Below, in pieces: positions 34,887 to 44,007 of a DNA stretch of 56,120 nt. The notes under the pieces were generated by a model that saw only the letters and a list, made by a program, of their open reading frames with translations, was not told the DNA's origin and made no database searches. Source of the DNA: an uncultured Rikenellaceae bacterium (lineage in GTDB: Bacteria; Bacteroidota; Bacteroidia; Bacteroidales; VadinHA17); assembly GCA_964649335.1 (NCBI GenBank), contig CAZYPI010000001.1, forward strand, positions 1 to 56,120. Reading direction: 5' to 3'. The stretch's first letter is position 1, and every line of letters begins with the position of its first letter. Both the position numbers and the translations under genes were made by a program.

Positions 34887-36578
34887 ATGTATATGAAAAA
34901 GTCCGGAAAATTAAGATCCCGTACCATTGTTGCCTTTGCCGTGGCCGGAGCCATGATGCTTGGATTGTATGCCTTCACCGAGTCGCACAATTTCAAGCTG
35001 GCTAAAAACATAGAGATATTTACCAATATCGTTCGTGAACTGAACCTTTATTATGTGGATGAGATCAAACCGGAAAAAATGATCAAGTCGGGCATAGACA
35101 ATATGCTTAAAACGCTGGATCCTTATACCGTCTATATTCCCGAAGACAAGATGGCGGATTTCAAGTTCATGACCACAGGCCAGTACGGAGGGATCGGCTC
35201 GCTGATCAGGCAAAGCGGGGATTATGCTGTTATTTCGGAAGTTTACAAAGGGTTTCCGGCCGACCTGGCCGGTCTGAAAGCGGGGGATGAGATCAGGGAA
35301 ATTGACGGGAAAACGATCAAAGGCCTTCCGCTGGACAAGGTGAGCGAACGGTTGAAAGGCCTGCCCAACACCAAAGTGGTGCTGACCATACAACGGCCGG
35401 GAGAGGACTCCCCCATCCAAAAAACACTGATCCGGAAAAAAATCAGTATCCCGGCAGTGCCTTATTACGGGATGCTGAATGATCATACCGGCTATATCCG
35501 TCTGAGCCAGTTTACTTCCAGCGCTTACAAAGAAGTGAAAGATGCCATGACCGACCTGAAGAAAAACCATCATATGCAGTCGATGATCCTGGATCTGCGA
35601 GGTAATCCGGGTGGACTGCTGGTAGAAGCCATCCGGATCGTCAATTTGTTTGTGGACAAAGGTCAGACCATTGTCAGCACACGGGGGAAAATTAAAGACT
35701 TTGACAATGTCTATAAAGCGCCGGATGCCCCATTCGATCCGAATATTCCGCTGGCAGTGCTGGTGAACAGCGGCTCGGCCTCGGCCTCCGAGATCGTTTC
35801 CGGAGCCATCCAGGACCTCGACCGGGGTGTCATCGTCGGACAACGTACTTTCGGCAAAGGACTGGTACAGACCACCCGGCCGGTGGGTTATGGCGGGCAG
35901 CTGAAGGTGACCGCCGCAAAATATTATATCCCCAGCGGACGCTGTATCCAGGCCCTCGATTATTCTCACCGCAACCCCGACGGCAGCGTAGGACATATCC
36001 CCGACTCGCTGATCTCCGCCTTCAAAACCCATAACGGCCGCACCGTCTATGACGGCGGAGGCATTGACCCCGATGTGCATGCCCGCCCGGGATTACTCAG
36101 CCCCATCACGGTAAACCTTTATATGGGCTTTTATATTTTCAACTTTGCCACGGAATTTGCCCGGAAACATGATTCCATCCCCCCTCCGGATCAGTTCGAA
36201 ATTACCAGGGAGATCCTGGATGCCTTTCATGATTATATCAAAAAACAGGATTTCAATTACGATACCGAATCGGAGGCACAACTGGATGAACTGATACAAA
36301 CAGCCAAAAAAGAGAAATATTACAAACGGGCCGAAAAGGAGTTTGAAGCTTTGCGTAAGAGCTTGTCTCACAATATAGATGCTGATTTCTATGAACACAG
36401 CGACGAGATAAGCAATCTGCTGAAGCAGGAGATCGTTAGCCGGTATTATTACCAGGCCGGTCGCATCGAAAGTACGCTGGAAACGGACAGTGTGCTGATC
36501 AAAGCGGAAAAGATCCTGGCCCGTCCGGACGAATATACCGGAATCCTATCCGGGGAAAAAGTGCCTGCCGTGAATTAG
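34887..36578 (+). CDS. S41-family carboxy-terminal processing peptidase with a PDZ domain
   Basis: PDZ 'GLKAGDEIREIDGK', 'LDLRGNPGG', catalytic 'NSGSASASEI' and 'TFGKGLVQ'. Confidence 0.9.
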   Translation: MYMKKSGKLRSRTIVAFAVAGAMMLGLYAFTESHNFKLAKNIEIFTNIVRELNLYYVDEIKPEKMIKSGIDNMLKTLDPYTVYIPEDKMADFKFMTTGQYGGIGSLIRQSGDYAVISEVYKGFPADLAGLKAGDEIREIDGKTIKGLPLDKVSERLKGLPNTKVVLTIQRPGEDSPIQKTLIRKKISIPAVPYYGMLNDHTGYIRLSQFTSSAYKEVKDAMTDLKKNHHMQSMILDLRGNPGGLLVEAIRIVNLFVDKGQTIVSTRGKIKDFDNVYKAPDAPFDPNIPLAVLVNSGSASASEIVSGAIQDLDRGVIVGQRTFGKGLVQTTRPVGYGGQLKVTAAKYYIPSGRCIQALDYSHRNPDGSVGHIPDSLISAFKTHNGRTVYDGGGIDPDVHARPGLLSPITVNLYMGFYIFNFATEFARKHDSIPPPDQFEITREILDAFHDYIKKQDFNYDTESEAQLDELIQTAKKEKYYKRAEKEFEALRKSLSHNIDADFYEHSDEISNLLKQEIVSRYYYQAGRIESTLETDSVLIKAEKILARPDEYTGILSGEKVPAVN

Positions 36579-36612
36579 GATCCCGCCAAACCGGCAGCAA
36601 CCCTGAATATTT

Positions 36613-36634
36613 TCTACGTAGGTTCCTACATAGG
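36613..36634. repeat. Double palindrome TCTACGTAGG-TT-CCTACATAGG (second copy of the motif at 1374-1395)
   Basis: Read directly. It has the same 10-2-10 architecture and lies between the convergent stops of the S41 peptidase and the UxaE-like gene. Confidence 0.6.
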
Positions 36635-36654
36635 AGACGCCCGGCCGGCCCGGC

Positions 36655-37893
36655 TCAGAAGAACAACCTTCTGATATGTCTCTCCAGCAAGTTTTCTTTT
36701 ACCTGGCGGGCGATGATCTCTTCGTTTTCATCGAGCAGGTTAAAATATTTCTCCCCCAGTTCGGCAGCTACCTTATAGGCCACATGCATCAGTTGCCGGA
36801 GGTTGGGGTTGAAATCCGGGTTGTCCTGTACGTGGCGTAGTGCAGCGGCGGTTTTTGGGGCACTCCATCCGTTGAAAACACCGGGGTCGGGCAGGCCGGC
36901 AGGGTTGATATCGATCACTTCGGCATAGGGGGCCGTGAGCTCTTCCAGACGGTTGTAAGCTTGCGAATAGATATGTTTCACCAGGTCCAGGGCTTCGCCT
37001 CCGGCTTCGGCCAGACCGATAAGCTCTTCCAGCCAGGTGGTGCCGGCGGTCTTTACGTGGATGCCCTGGCCGTGTTTACGGATCAGACGGCCCATGACCG
37101 GATAGATGGAGAACTTGTCGCTGCCCGAATGGATACTTAGTTTCAGTGAGCCGGGCAGATTAAAATGTTCTTTTGCATATTTCAATACCAGCAGATCCTG
37201 CTCAAACTCCTGTTCGAATTTCTTCAGATCCCCCACATAGTCCACCCCTTTGTTGAATCGCCCCGAAAAGCGGGGTGCGATGGTCTGTACCGGAATTTTC
37301 TTTTCTGCCAGTGTTTTCAGGATGAAAAAAAGATCGGGGGGTGTCTGAGGATTATCCACTTCATCCATAGAGACTTCCACGATGAAAGTGCCGGGGTCTT
37401 TCTGCCCGGCAATATGATGATAAAGTTTTTCCGCTTCGGTAATGGCATGGAGATATTGATTAGCAAACAGACGAAGGTATTCGCGGCTGATGGTGATGGG
37501 GACGTCCAGGCCCGGGATGCCGGAGAGATATTTTTCATTGTCACGTACGAAAGATTCCGTATCTTTCCCGGGAGACGGCTTGCCGATGGCTTCGGCTACA
37601 TCCAGGGTGAAAAAGTCGGAAAAAGGGATGAACTCATCCACATTCTTCAGGTTGATATGGTCGGCATCCACGAAATAAGGCCTTTTCCAGCCCAGGGTTT
37701 TTACGGCCTCATCGGCTTCTTTCCTGACATCGGCGGGACGGGTGCCCACGATGGTATGTTCACGGTACGATTTGTTCCAGACGGGAGTGATGGGGATGCC
37801 CGATTTATCAGCTTCCCGAATGGCAGCCAGTTGTGCTTTGCCCTGACGTCCGAAACGGTCACCCAGACCGAAAGAATATTTTCCAATCTCCAT
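36655..37893 (-). CDS. Tagaturonate/fructuronate epimerase (UxaE)-family protein, short form
   Basis: 'YSFGLGDRFG' and 'FVDADHINLKNV' resemble the 'SFGTGDRLG' / 'ADADHVK' motifs I recall from Thermotoga UxaE. The family call is from memory. Confidence 0.6.
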   Translation of the reverse strand: MEIGKYSFGLGDRFGRQGKAQLAAIREADKSGIPITPVWNKSYREHTIVGTRPADVRKEADEAVKTLGWKRPYFVDADHINLKNVDEFIPFSDFFTLDVAEAIGKPSPGKDTESFVRDNEKYLSGIPGLDVPITISREYLRLFANQYLHAITEAEKLYHHIAGQKDPGTFIVEVSMDEVDNPQTPPDLFFILKTLAEKKIPVQTIAPRFSGRFNKGVDYVGDLKKFEQEFEQDLLVLKYAKEHFNLPGSLKLSIHSGSDKFSIYPVMGRLIRKHGQGIHVKTAGTTWLEELIGLAEAGGEALDLVKHIYSQAYNRLEELTAPYAEVIDINPAGLPDPGVFNGWSAPKTAAALRHVQDNPDFNPNLRQLMHVAYKVAAELGEKYFNLLDENEEIIARQVKENLLERHIRRLFF

Positions 37894-37977
37894 GATAAAA
37901 CAATTTTTTTGGCAGTATTGTTCAGACCGTAAAAATAATTAAATTGCCCTCATTAACCTGAAAAAATATGCACTAGG

Positions 37978-39828
37978 ATGAAAAAGTTTTTGTATCTGAT
38001 TACCGGCCTGGTTTTTATGTTGCTGATCGCTGCCTGCCGGCCGCAACACGACAAGGGGACATTCTCCATAGGCGAAGAATCTTTTCTTTTGAACGGACGG
38101 CCTTATGTTGTCCGTTCGGGCGAGATGCATTTCATGCGTATCCCGGAAGCTTACTGGGAGCACCGGTTGAAAATGGCCAAAGCCATGGGGCTGAATACCG
38201 TTTGTGCTTATATGTTCTGGAATGCCCATGAAGAAAAACCGGATGAGTTCAACTTTTCCGGCCGCCGGGATGTGGCAAAATTCTGCCGCCTGGCACAGAA
38301 AGAAGGATTGTATGTTATCCTGCGTCCCGGGCCTTATTCCTGTGCAGAGTGGGAGTTTGGCGGCTTTCCCTGGTGGCTGCTGAAAAAGGAAGATCTGAAA
38401 CTGAGGACGAGAGATCCTTATTACATGGAGCGCGCAAAAAAATATTTGCTGGAGGTGGGAAAACAACTGGCGCCGTTGCAGATCACCCGGGGAGGCCCCA
38501 TCATCATGGTGCAGGTGGAAAACGAGTATGGCAGTTACGGTCATGACACCGTGTACATCGGCATGATCCGGGACATCCTGAAAGAGGCCGGTTTTGAGGT
38601 GCCGCTGTTTGCCTGTGACGGCCCTTCGCAGATGGTCAACGATAAAAGAAGCGATCTTTTCAGCGTGGTCAATTTCGGAGGCAATCCCGAAGGGGCTTTC
38701 CGGGCCCTGCGCAAGTTGCAGCCTTCAGGTCCGCTGATGTGCGGGGAGTACTATCCCGGCTGGTTCGATTCGTGGGGCAAACCGCATCATACCGGACAGA
38801 CAGCTCCCATCATTGACAATCTGAAGTGGATGCTCGACCACAATGCCTCTTTCAGCATTTATATGGCCCACGGAGGCACTTCCTTCGGTTTGTGGTCCGG
38901 GGCCAATGCCCCTCCTTTCTCGCCGCAGACCTCCAGCTATGATTATGATGCTCCCATCAGTGAGGCCGGATGGGAAACGGAAAAATTCGATGCCATAAGG
39001 AAACTGTTTGCCGGATATCTGCAGGAAGGAGAGACCTTGCCGGAGATTCCCCCGAAGAATCCGGTGATTACCATTCCGGAGTTTGCCGTGACGGAAATGG
39101 CTCCCGTTTTTGACAACCTGCCGGCGGGGATTACGGATGAAACCCCCCAAAATATGGAGCAGTATAATGAGGGATATGGTTGCATTGTTTACCGGACCAC
39201 CCTCGCACCTTCGGAGGTGGACCGCAATCTGCATATTGATGAGGTACATGATTATGCGGTGATCCTGCTGGATGGAAAACGCAGCGGGACGATAGACCGT
39301 AGAAAAACCAACAACATTGTAAAAATCCCGGCCCACAACGAACCGGCACAACTCGATATCTTTATTGAAGCCATGGGACGGGTCAATTACGGCGGATATA
39401 TCCACGACAGGAAAGGGATCACCGGAAAAGTGGAATTTATCGGGGATGACGGACAAACGGAAGAGATAAAAAACTGGACGGTCTTTCCGTTACCGCTGAG
39501 TAGCGACCGGGCTCCGGAGGGGCTGGCATACGGGGAAGTGAAAAAAACCGGCGGCCCCGCTTTTTACCGGGCCTCTTTTACGTTGAACAAGACCGGCGAT
39601 GTTTTTCTGAATATGCGCCGGTGGAACAAAGGGGTGGTGTGGGTCAACGGCCACGGCCTGGGACGGTTCTGGAATATCGGTCCCACACAGACGATGTACC
39701 TGCCGGGGCCCTGGCTGAAAAAAGGAAAAAACGAAGTGATCATCCTGGATGTGAACGGACCGGAAAAACCGGTGCTGCAGGGGCTGGATAAACCCATCCT
39801 CAATGAGCTGCATGTCCTTTCACCGTGA
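37978..39828 (+). CDS. Glycoside hydrolase family 35 beta-galactosidase (lipoprotein)
   Basis: Lipobox 'LLIAAC'. 'SGEMHFMRIPEAYWEHRLKMAKAMGLNTVCAYMFWNAHE' and acid/base 'VENEYGSYG'. Confidence 0.92.
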   Translation: MKKFLYLITGLVFMLLIAACRPQHDKGTFSIGEESFLLNGRPYVVRSGEMHFMRIPEAYWEHRLKMAKAMGLNTVCAYMFWNAHEEKPDEFNFSGRRDVAKFCRLAQKEGLYVILRPGPYSCAEWEFGGFPWWLLKKEDLKLRTRDPYYMERAKKYLLEVGKQLAPLQITRGGPIIMVQVENEYGSYGHDTVYIGMIRDILKEAGFEVPLFACDGPSQMVNDKRSDLFSVVNFGGNPEGAFRALRKLQPSGPLMCGEYYPGWFDSWGKPHHTGQTAPIIDNLKWMLDHNASFSIYMAHGGTSFGLWSGANAPPFSPQTSSYDYDAPISEAGWETEKFDAIRKLFAGYLQEGETLPEIPPKNPVITIPEFAVTEMAPVFDNLPAGITDETPQNMEQYNEGYGCIVYRTTLAPSEVDRNLHIDEVHDYAVILLDGKRSGTIDRRKTNNIVKIPAHNEPAQLDIFIEAMGRVNYGGYIHDRKGITGKVEFIGDDGQTEEIKNWTVFPLPLSSDRAPEGLAYGEVKKTGGPAFYRASFTLNKTGDVFLNMRRWNKGVVWVNGHGLGRFWNIGPTQTMYLPGPWLKKGKNEVIILDVNGPEKPVLQGLDKPILNELHVLSP

Positions 39829-40368
39829 GGACTCCCTCAACGGTAGCATTTCGTTGATCTTTTTTACCAGGCTGCTGAATATATCTTCATTATACAGCCG
39901 CGTGAGGTAAACGATCTTTCCCGTTTCGTCAATCAGCACATTGCGGGTGACGCCGGCGCCCCGGGCGGCATAGGTGTAGAAGATCTTTCCGTTTGGGTCG
40001 AGAGCCAGCGGATAGGATATCTTCATCTCTTGGGCAAAAGCCTGTGTTTTTTCCTTTGATTCTTTCAGGTCGATGCCGGTCATTATGAAGTTTTTGTCTT
40101 TGTTGTCCTGCCACAGCTTTTCGAGGTGCGGCATCTCTTTACGGCAGACACTGCACCAGCTGGCCGTAAACTGCAAAAGCACCACTTTGCCGTGCAGGTC
40201 ACTGAGTTTTACCGGTTTTCGTCCGTCAGCATACTGTATGGTGAAATCAGGGGCTTGCTGTCCCACACGTACAATAAATCCGTACTTGTCCGGAACGGGT
40301 GGTTGCTGTCCGGAAAGACCGGGAGCCATAGCTGCTGTGAATAAAAAGAGAAAAATAATTTTTTTCAT
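39820..40368 (-). CDS. TlpA/redoxin-family thiol:disulfide oxidoreductase (exported)
   Basis: Signal peptide. Thioredoxin motif 'FTASWCSVCRKEMP'. Its stop overlaps the GH35 stop by 9 nt (convergent). Confidence 0.88.
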   Translation of the reverse strand: MKKIIFLFLFTAAMAPGLSGQQPPVPDKYGFIVRVGQQAPDFTIQYADGRKPVKLSDLHGKVVLLQFTASWCSVCRKEMPHLEKLWQDNKDKNFIMTGIDLKESKEKTQAFAQEMKISYPLALDPNGKIFYTYAARGAGVTRNVLIDETGKIVYLTRLYNEDIFSSLVKKINEMLPLRESSR

Positions 40369-40386
40369 TTGTTTATACTTTTATAT

Positions 40387-42756
40387 TCAGTTGAGTATTT
40401 CAATTTTACCTTTGACGGCGTCCAGCCGTATGTACTGTCCGTCTTTCAGTTGGTTCATGGCCCCTTTCACGCTCACCAGGGCGGGCAGGTTGTATTCGCG
40501 GGCTACGACGGCACCATGCGACAGGGGACTGCCGATCTCGGTGATCATCCCTTTGATGATGCTGTAAAAGGGTGTCCAGCCGATATCGGTATATTTGGAT
40601 ACCATGATCTCTCCTTCTTTCAGCAACCGGGCTTCTTTCATGGAGTGTACCAGCCGCACCCTGCCTTCGGTGACTCCCCGGCTCACGGGTATGCCGGTAA
40701 GATCGCCGTTGCCCGGAGTATTTTCGTTATTCTCTTCCGGTACCGGGATCCCGAAGGTCAGATCCGGAAAGGAGAGTTGTGACATCTCTTTGAACAGAGA
40801 CCGCCGCTCACCGGCAATCCGGTGCCATCGGGATATGTCGTGGTCATGGATCAGTTTACCGATTTCATCGTGGGTAAGAAAAAAAATGAGGTCGGGGTCT
40901 CCCAGGAGACCTTTATCCACCAGCAGGCGGGAGAGGTGGCGATAAGCCAGCTTAAACCGGTGCTGTACCAGTATGGCCAGGGCCTTGGTTTGTTCGCGCC
41001 GTGCTACGGCAGCCCGGGCTTTGGGCAACAGCCAGCGAATGAGCAACCTTTTGAAACGGGTCAGCTCCGGATCGTTGTTGAAGTCGTAAGAGTCATCTTC
41101 CGCCTTAGGTGAAGAGCTGTTGCCTGACAGGATAGAAAATGTTTTTCCCCGGAGACCCTCAATGACCGGTGCTGGATTCAGTGCCCATTCTTTTTCACGC
41201 AGCTCCCCCTCGCGTACGCAACGGTGACCGTGCCGCCGGAGAAAAACTTTCCACCTTTGCCGGATGGTTTCGGGAGCTTCGTTTTCAAGATAATGTCTGG
41301 CCCTGTCTACCGGTACTTCCAGAAAGGACTCCCGGATCCAGGGAGTTTTTGCCAGCATCGTGGCCAGTTCGTCCATGGCTTCCAGCACCTGGGCACTTTC
41401 GATGCCGGGGATGTTGGTAAAAAGACGGGCCACTTTTTCATAGTGCTCTGCCCGGGGCGGAGGTCCGCCGGAATAAATGTTCATGATAGAGCTGAAATAT
41501 CCGCCCGACTGGGAGGAAGAGACATAATGCAGATCCCAGGCATCAAACAAAACCTGCATTTTTGCCGAGATCAGCCGGTAACAAACACGCGGGTCCTCGG
41601 GACAATCGAGCAGGAACTGCTCCTCAAGCTTCTTCAGCGACCTGACAGCCCGTGGGCCGTGCAGCATGTACAGGGAGACCCGGGCAAAATTGATCATGCG
41701 TTTCCACAGCGGGATATCCGGGCTGACCTCCACCCCGGGCACCAGCTCTCCCACCACGGAAAAATCAACATTTTCCCTGGAGGTCAACCATACTTTTTTA
41801 GCCATCTCATACAGGGCATGAACATCGAAAAAGAGATGGTTGTAAAAAGAATGTATAAAGATATTTTCTTCGGAAAGGCGGGAAAGCACCCCGGATTTTT
41901 TATAAAAGACCTGCAGACCTATATCAATGGCTCTGGCAAAGGTGGACAGGGTGAGAGGGGTTACAGGCCCGGGCATCATCTCGCCCACATTGCCGCGGGT
42001 ATACAGGGGTTCCGGATAGCAGGGTTTGTGGTCCAGTTCATTCATATGTACCGGGCTCAGGCCGGTGACCGGCCGCAGTTGCAGCCAGAACAATGTTCCC
42101 TGCCTGTCAATGGCCCATTCCAGGTCGGCGGGCCGGCCGTAAGCCGCTTCTATCTCCAGCGCCTCCCGGATCAGTTGCCTGAAACGCTCCGGAGGGATGA
42201 GCCGGCACTCCTGCTCCTGCCAGCGCTGTTTGTAAAAGAGCAGGGTCTTTCCTTCGCGGGTGCCGGACATCAACTGTTCGGCCGAGCCGGACACGGCACT
42301 CATGCTGATTTTATCATGCCTGTTGCTGATGGGATCCACGGTAAAAAGAACACCCGATACCGAAGGAATGACCATCTCCTGAATGATCACACTCATTCCG
42401 GCTTCACGGCCTTTTACCTTTTTCCTGTACGCAGAGACACGCCGGGATTGCTCCGAACCGAAACACTGAAGAACGGACTTATATATCTGCTCTTCTCCTT
42501 TTACGTGTAAAAAAGTATCGTATTGTCCTGCATACGATGTCTGGGCACCGTCTTCGGAAGCGGCGGAAGAACGGACGGCCCACGTTTTGCCGGCAGGCAA
42601 ACCTGCGATAAAAGGCTTCAGGACAGCCGGATCGGCAGAGGGGACCACCCAGGTGGCAGGAATACGTTTACCGAATTGCTTCAGCAATGCCAGCCCCCTG
42701 GCTTTTCCTCCGTACTGTTCCCCGTTTGCTTCTTCAACCGGTAATATGTGGTTCAT
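40387..42756 (-). CDS. PEP/pyruvate-binding + PEP-utilising mobile-domain enzyme, with rifampicin-phosphotransferase/PpsA-like architecture
   Basis: N-terminal ATP-grasp 'YGGKARGLALL'. C-terminal swivel domain 'KYTDIGWTPFYSIIKGMITEIGSPLSHGAVVAREYNLPALV', with the catalytic His at codon 747 (40516-40518). Confidence 0.85.
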   Translation of the reverse strand: MNHILPVEEANGEQYGGKARGLALLKQFGKRIPATWVVPSADPAVLKPFIAGLPAGKTWAVRSSAASEDGAQTSYAGQYDTFLHVKGEEQIYKSVLQCFGSEQSRRVSAYRKKVKGREAGMSVIIQEMVIPSVSGVLFTVDPISNRHDKISMSAVSGSAEQLMSGTREGKTLLFYKQRWQEQECRLIPPERFRQLIREALEIEAAYGRPADLEWAIDRQGTLFWLQLRPVTGLSPVHMNELDHKPCYPEPLYTRGNVGEMMPGPVTPLTLSTFARAIDIGLQVFYKKSGVLSRLSEENIFIHSFYNHLFFDVHALYEMAKKVWLTSRENVDFSVVGELVPGVEVSPDIPLWKRMINFARVSLYMLHGPRAVRSLKKLEEQFLLDCPEDPRVCYRLISAKMQVLFDAWDLHYVSSSQSGGYFSSIMNIYSGGPPPRAEHYEKVARLFTNIPGIESAQVLEAMDELATMLAKTPWIRESFLEVPVDRARHYLENEAPETIRQRWKVFLRRHGHRCVREGELREKEWALNPAPVIEGLRGKTFSILSGNSSSPKAEDDSYDFNNDPELTRFKRLLIRWLLPKARAAVARREQTKALAILVQHRFKLAYRHLSRLLVDKGLLGDPDLIFFLTHDEIGKLIHDHDISRWHRIAGERRSLFKEMSQLSFPDLTFGIPVPEENNENTPGNGDLTGIPVSRGVTEGRVRLVHSMKEARLLKEGEIMVSKYTDIGWTPFYSIIKGMITEIGSPLSHGAVVAREYNLPALVSVKGAMNQLKDGQYIRLDAVKGKIEILN

Positions 42757-43783
42757 ATTTTTTCATATTTATACCCATTTCGGCGATACCCGTACCGGGA
42801 GTGCCGTCATATGTAAAATCAGCCAGCGACTGCCGTATATGATATACTCCGTCCATTGTGAAAGGAAAAAATATCTTCATTTTTGCGGCGAGATGTTTCT
42901 TTTCTCCTCCGTTTTTTTCCTGTACATAAAGGTCCAGGATTTTCGGGAGAGAGGGTTCCCATGCCAGTTGTTCGAAAGAAGGAACCCCGGCCAGGGTGCG
43001 GACGGCATCCCCTTTTCCCAGATAACCTGCTTTGAGGTTTTTAATAAAATCATAATCTATCACACTTGCGTTGAAATACCGGCCGTCTTCCAGAATGCCG
43101 AGGAACCAGATGTGACGGTGCCAGCCTTCCCAGTGGCGTATGCCGAAACTGTGATCCCTCACTCCCCCGCCGGCAAGGGCATGTTTTTTCCCTTTGAAGG
43201 TGAGGGTGCCCCGAACCTCTCCGGCCTGTTCATAATGAACCTTGTGCAGTTCTTTGAGTTTCCGGAAGAAATCCCGGTTCCAGGGCTGGCGGGCGATCTC
43301 CAGGGCGGTGGCCTCCGGCAATGCGCCGGTATGGTCAAAGTCAATGATCTTCCCTTTCCCTTCCCAGATAATATCCAGGACAGCATGTTCTTCCTTCCCG
43401 TCCTGTCTTACGGGTCCGTTATATTTCAGATGCCAGCGTTTGCCCGGTTCTTTACATACATACTCCAGGGGGCCCTGCCTGAACCCTTCCCCTGCCGGGA
43501 AGCTGATATTTTCAAAACCCCATACCCCTTCTTCCGGAACATGTATCTTCAGCCAGTTTTCATGGGGCTTGCCGGAGCGAAAGGCCTGGCGGGTGACAAA
43601 AGAGAGGCCGCCGGGTTGCCATCCGGCAAAATAGATGCTGTCATTAAAGCCCGGCAGGGAGGGCTTTATATGCCGCCGCTCCAGCTCCTCAACAGTGTGT
43701 GCCCGGCTTTTTTTACGCCGCACCATTTGCCGCGAAAGAAAATATTTCATCGTTTGCTTCATCATACGGCAAATTTCTGCCAA
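42734..43783 (-). CDS. Hypothetical protein (349 aa), translationally overlapped with the PEP-utilising enzyme
   Basis: The composition is protein-like. Its stop at 42734-42736 lies 20 nt inside the next gene, whose ATG is at 42754-42756. 'GVRDHSFGIRHW' only weakly recalls AttH/CrtC-like beta-barrel proteins. The true start is uncertain (Met at codons 1, 7, 8, 12 and 20). Confidence 0.7.
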   Translation of the reverse strand: MAEICRMMKQTMKYFLSRQMVRRKKSRAHTVEELERRHIKPSLPGFNDSIYFAGWQPGGLSFVTRQAFRSGKPHENWLKIHVPEEGVWGFENISFPAGEGFRQGPLEYVCKEPGKRWHLKYNGPVRQDGKEEHAVLDIIWEGKGKIIDFDHTGALPEATALEIARQPWNRDFFRKLKELHKVHYEQAGEVRGTLTFKGKKHALAGGGVRDHSFGIRHWEGWHRHIWFLGILEDGRYFNASVIDYDFIKNLKAGYLGKGDAVRTLAGVPSFEQLAWEPSLPKILDLYVQEKNGGEKKHLAAKMKIFFPFTMDGVYHIRQSLADFTYDGTPGTGIAEMGINMKKYEPHITG

Positions 43784-44007
43784 ACCTACATATTTTTTTA
43801 TAAGGAAAAAAGAATAAAAAAACCGGATCGGTTTTTTCCGGGACGAGGCCAGGCTTAATTTGAATATCCCTTACATTTGCATTTACAGCAACCCGCCGGG
43901 GTCCATTTTTCCTGCCTCATGGCCTACGGATTGCCGGGCAATAAGCAACCCTTTCGTTCTCATAAATAGCGATTTGCCTGGCAAGCCTCGAGGAACAAAT
44001 GCAGGGA

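Noticed and set aside
37899-37922. Inverted repeat AACAAT-N12-ATTGTT in the UxaE-like/GH35 divergent promoter
   Set aside because: Six-bp AT-rich arms are expected by chance in an AT-rich spacer, and there is no second copy or other support.
43817-43837. Hairpin AAAAAACCG-GAT-CGGTTTTTT as a terminator for the DUF1080 gene
   Set aside because: It has only three G:C pairs and the rest of the stem is A:T. It is too weak to call as an intrinsic terminator with confidence.
41224-43858. Two long plus-strand ORFs (41224-42510, 428 aa; 42587-43858, 423 aa) opposite the PEP-enzyme operon
   Set aside because: The minus-strand products carry clear ATP-grasp and swivel-domain motifs and form a translationally coupled pair. 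The plus-strand translations are low-complexity (G/P/R/F-rich) with no motifs.
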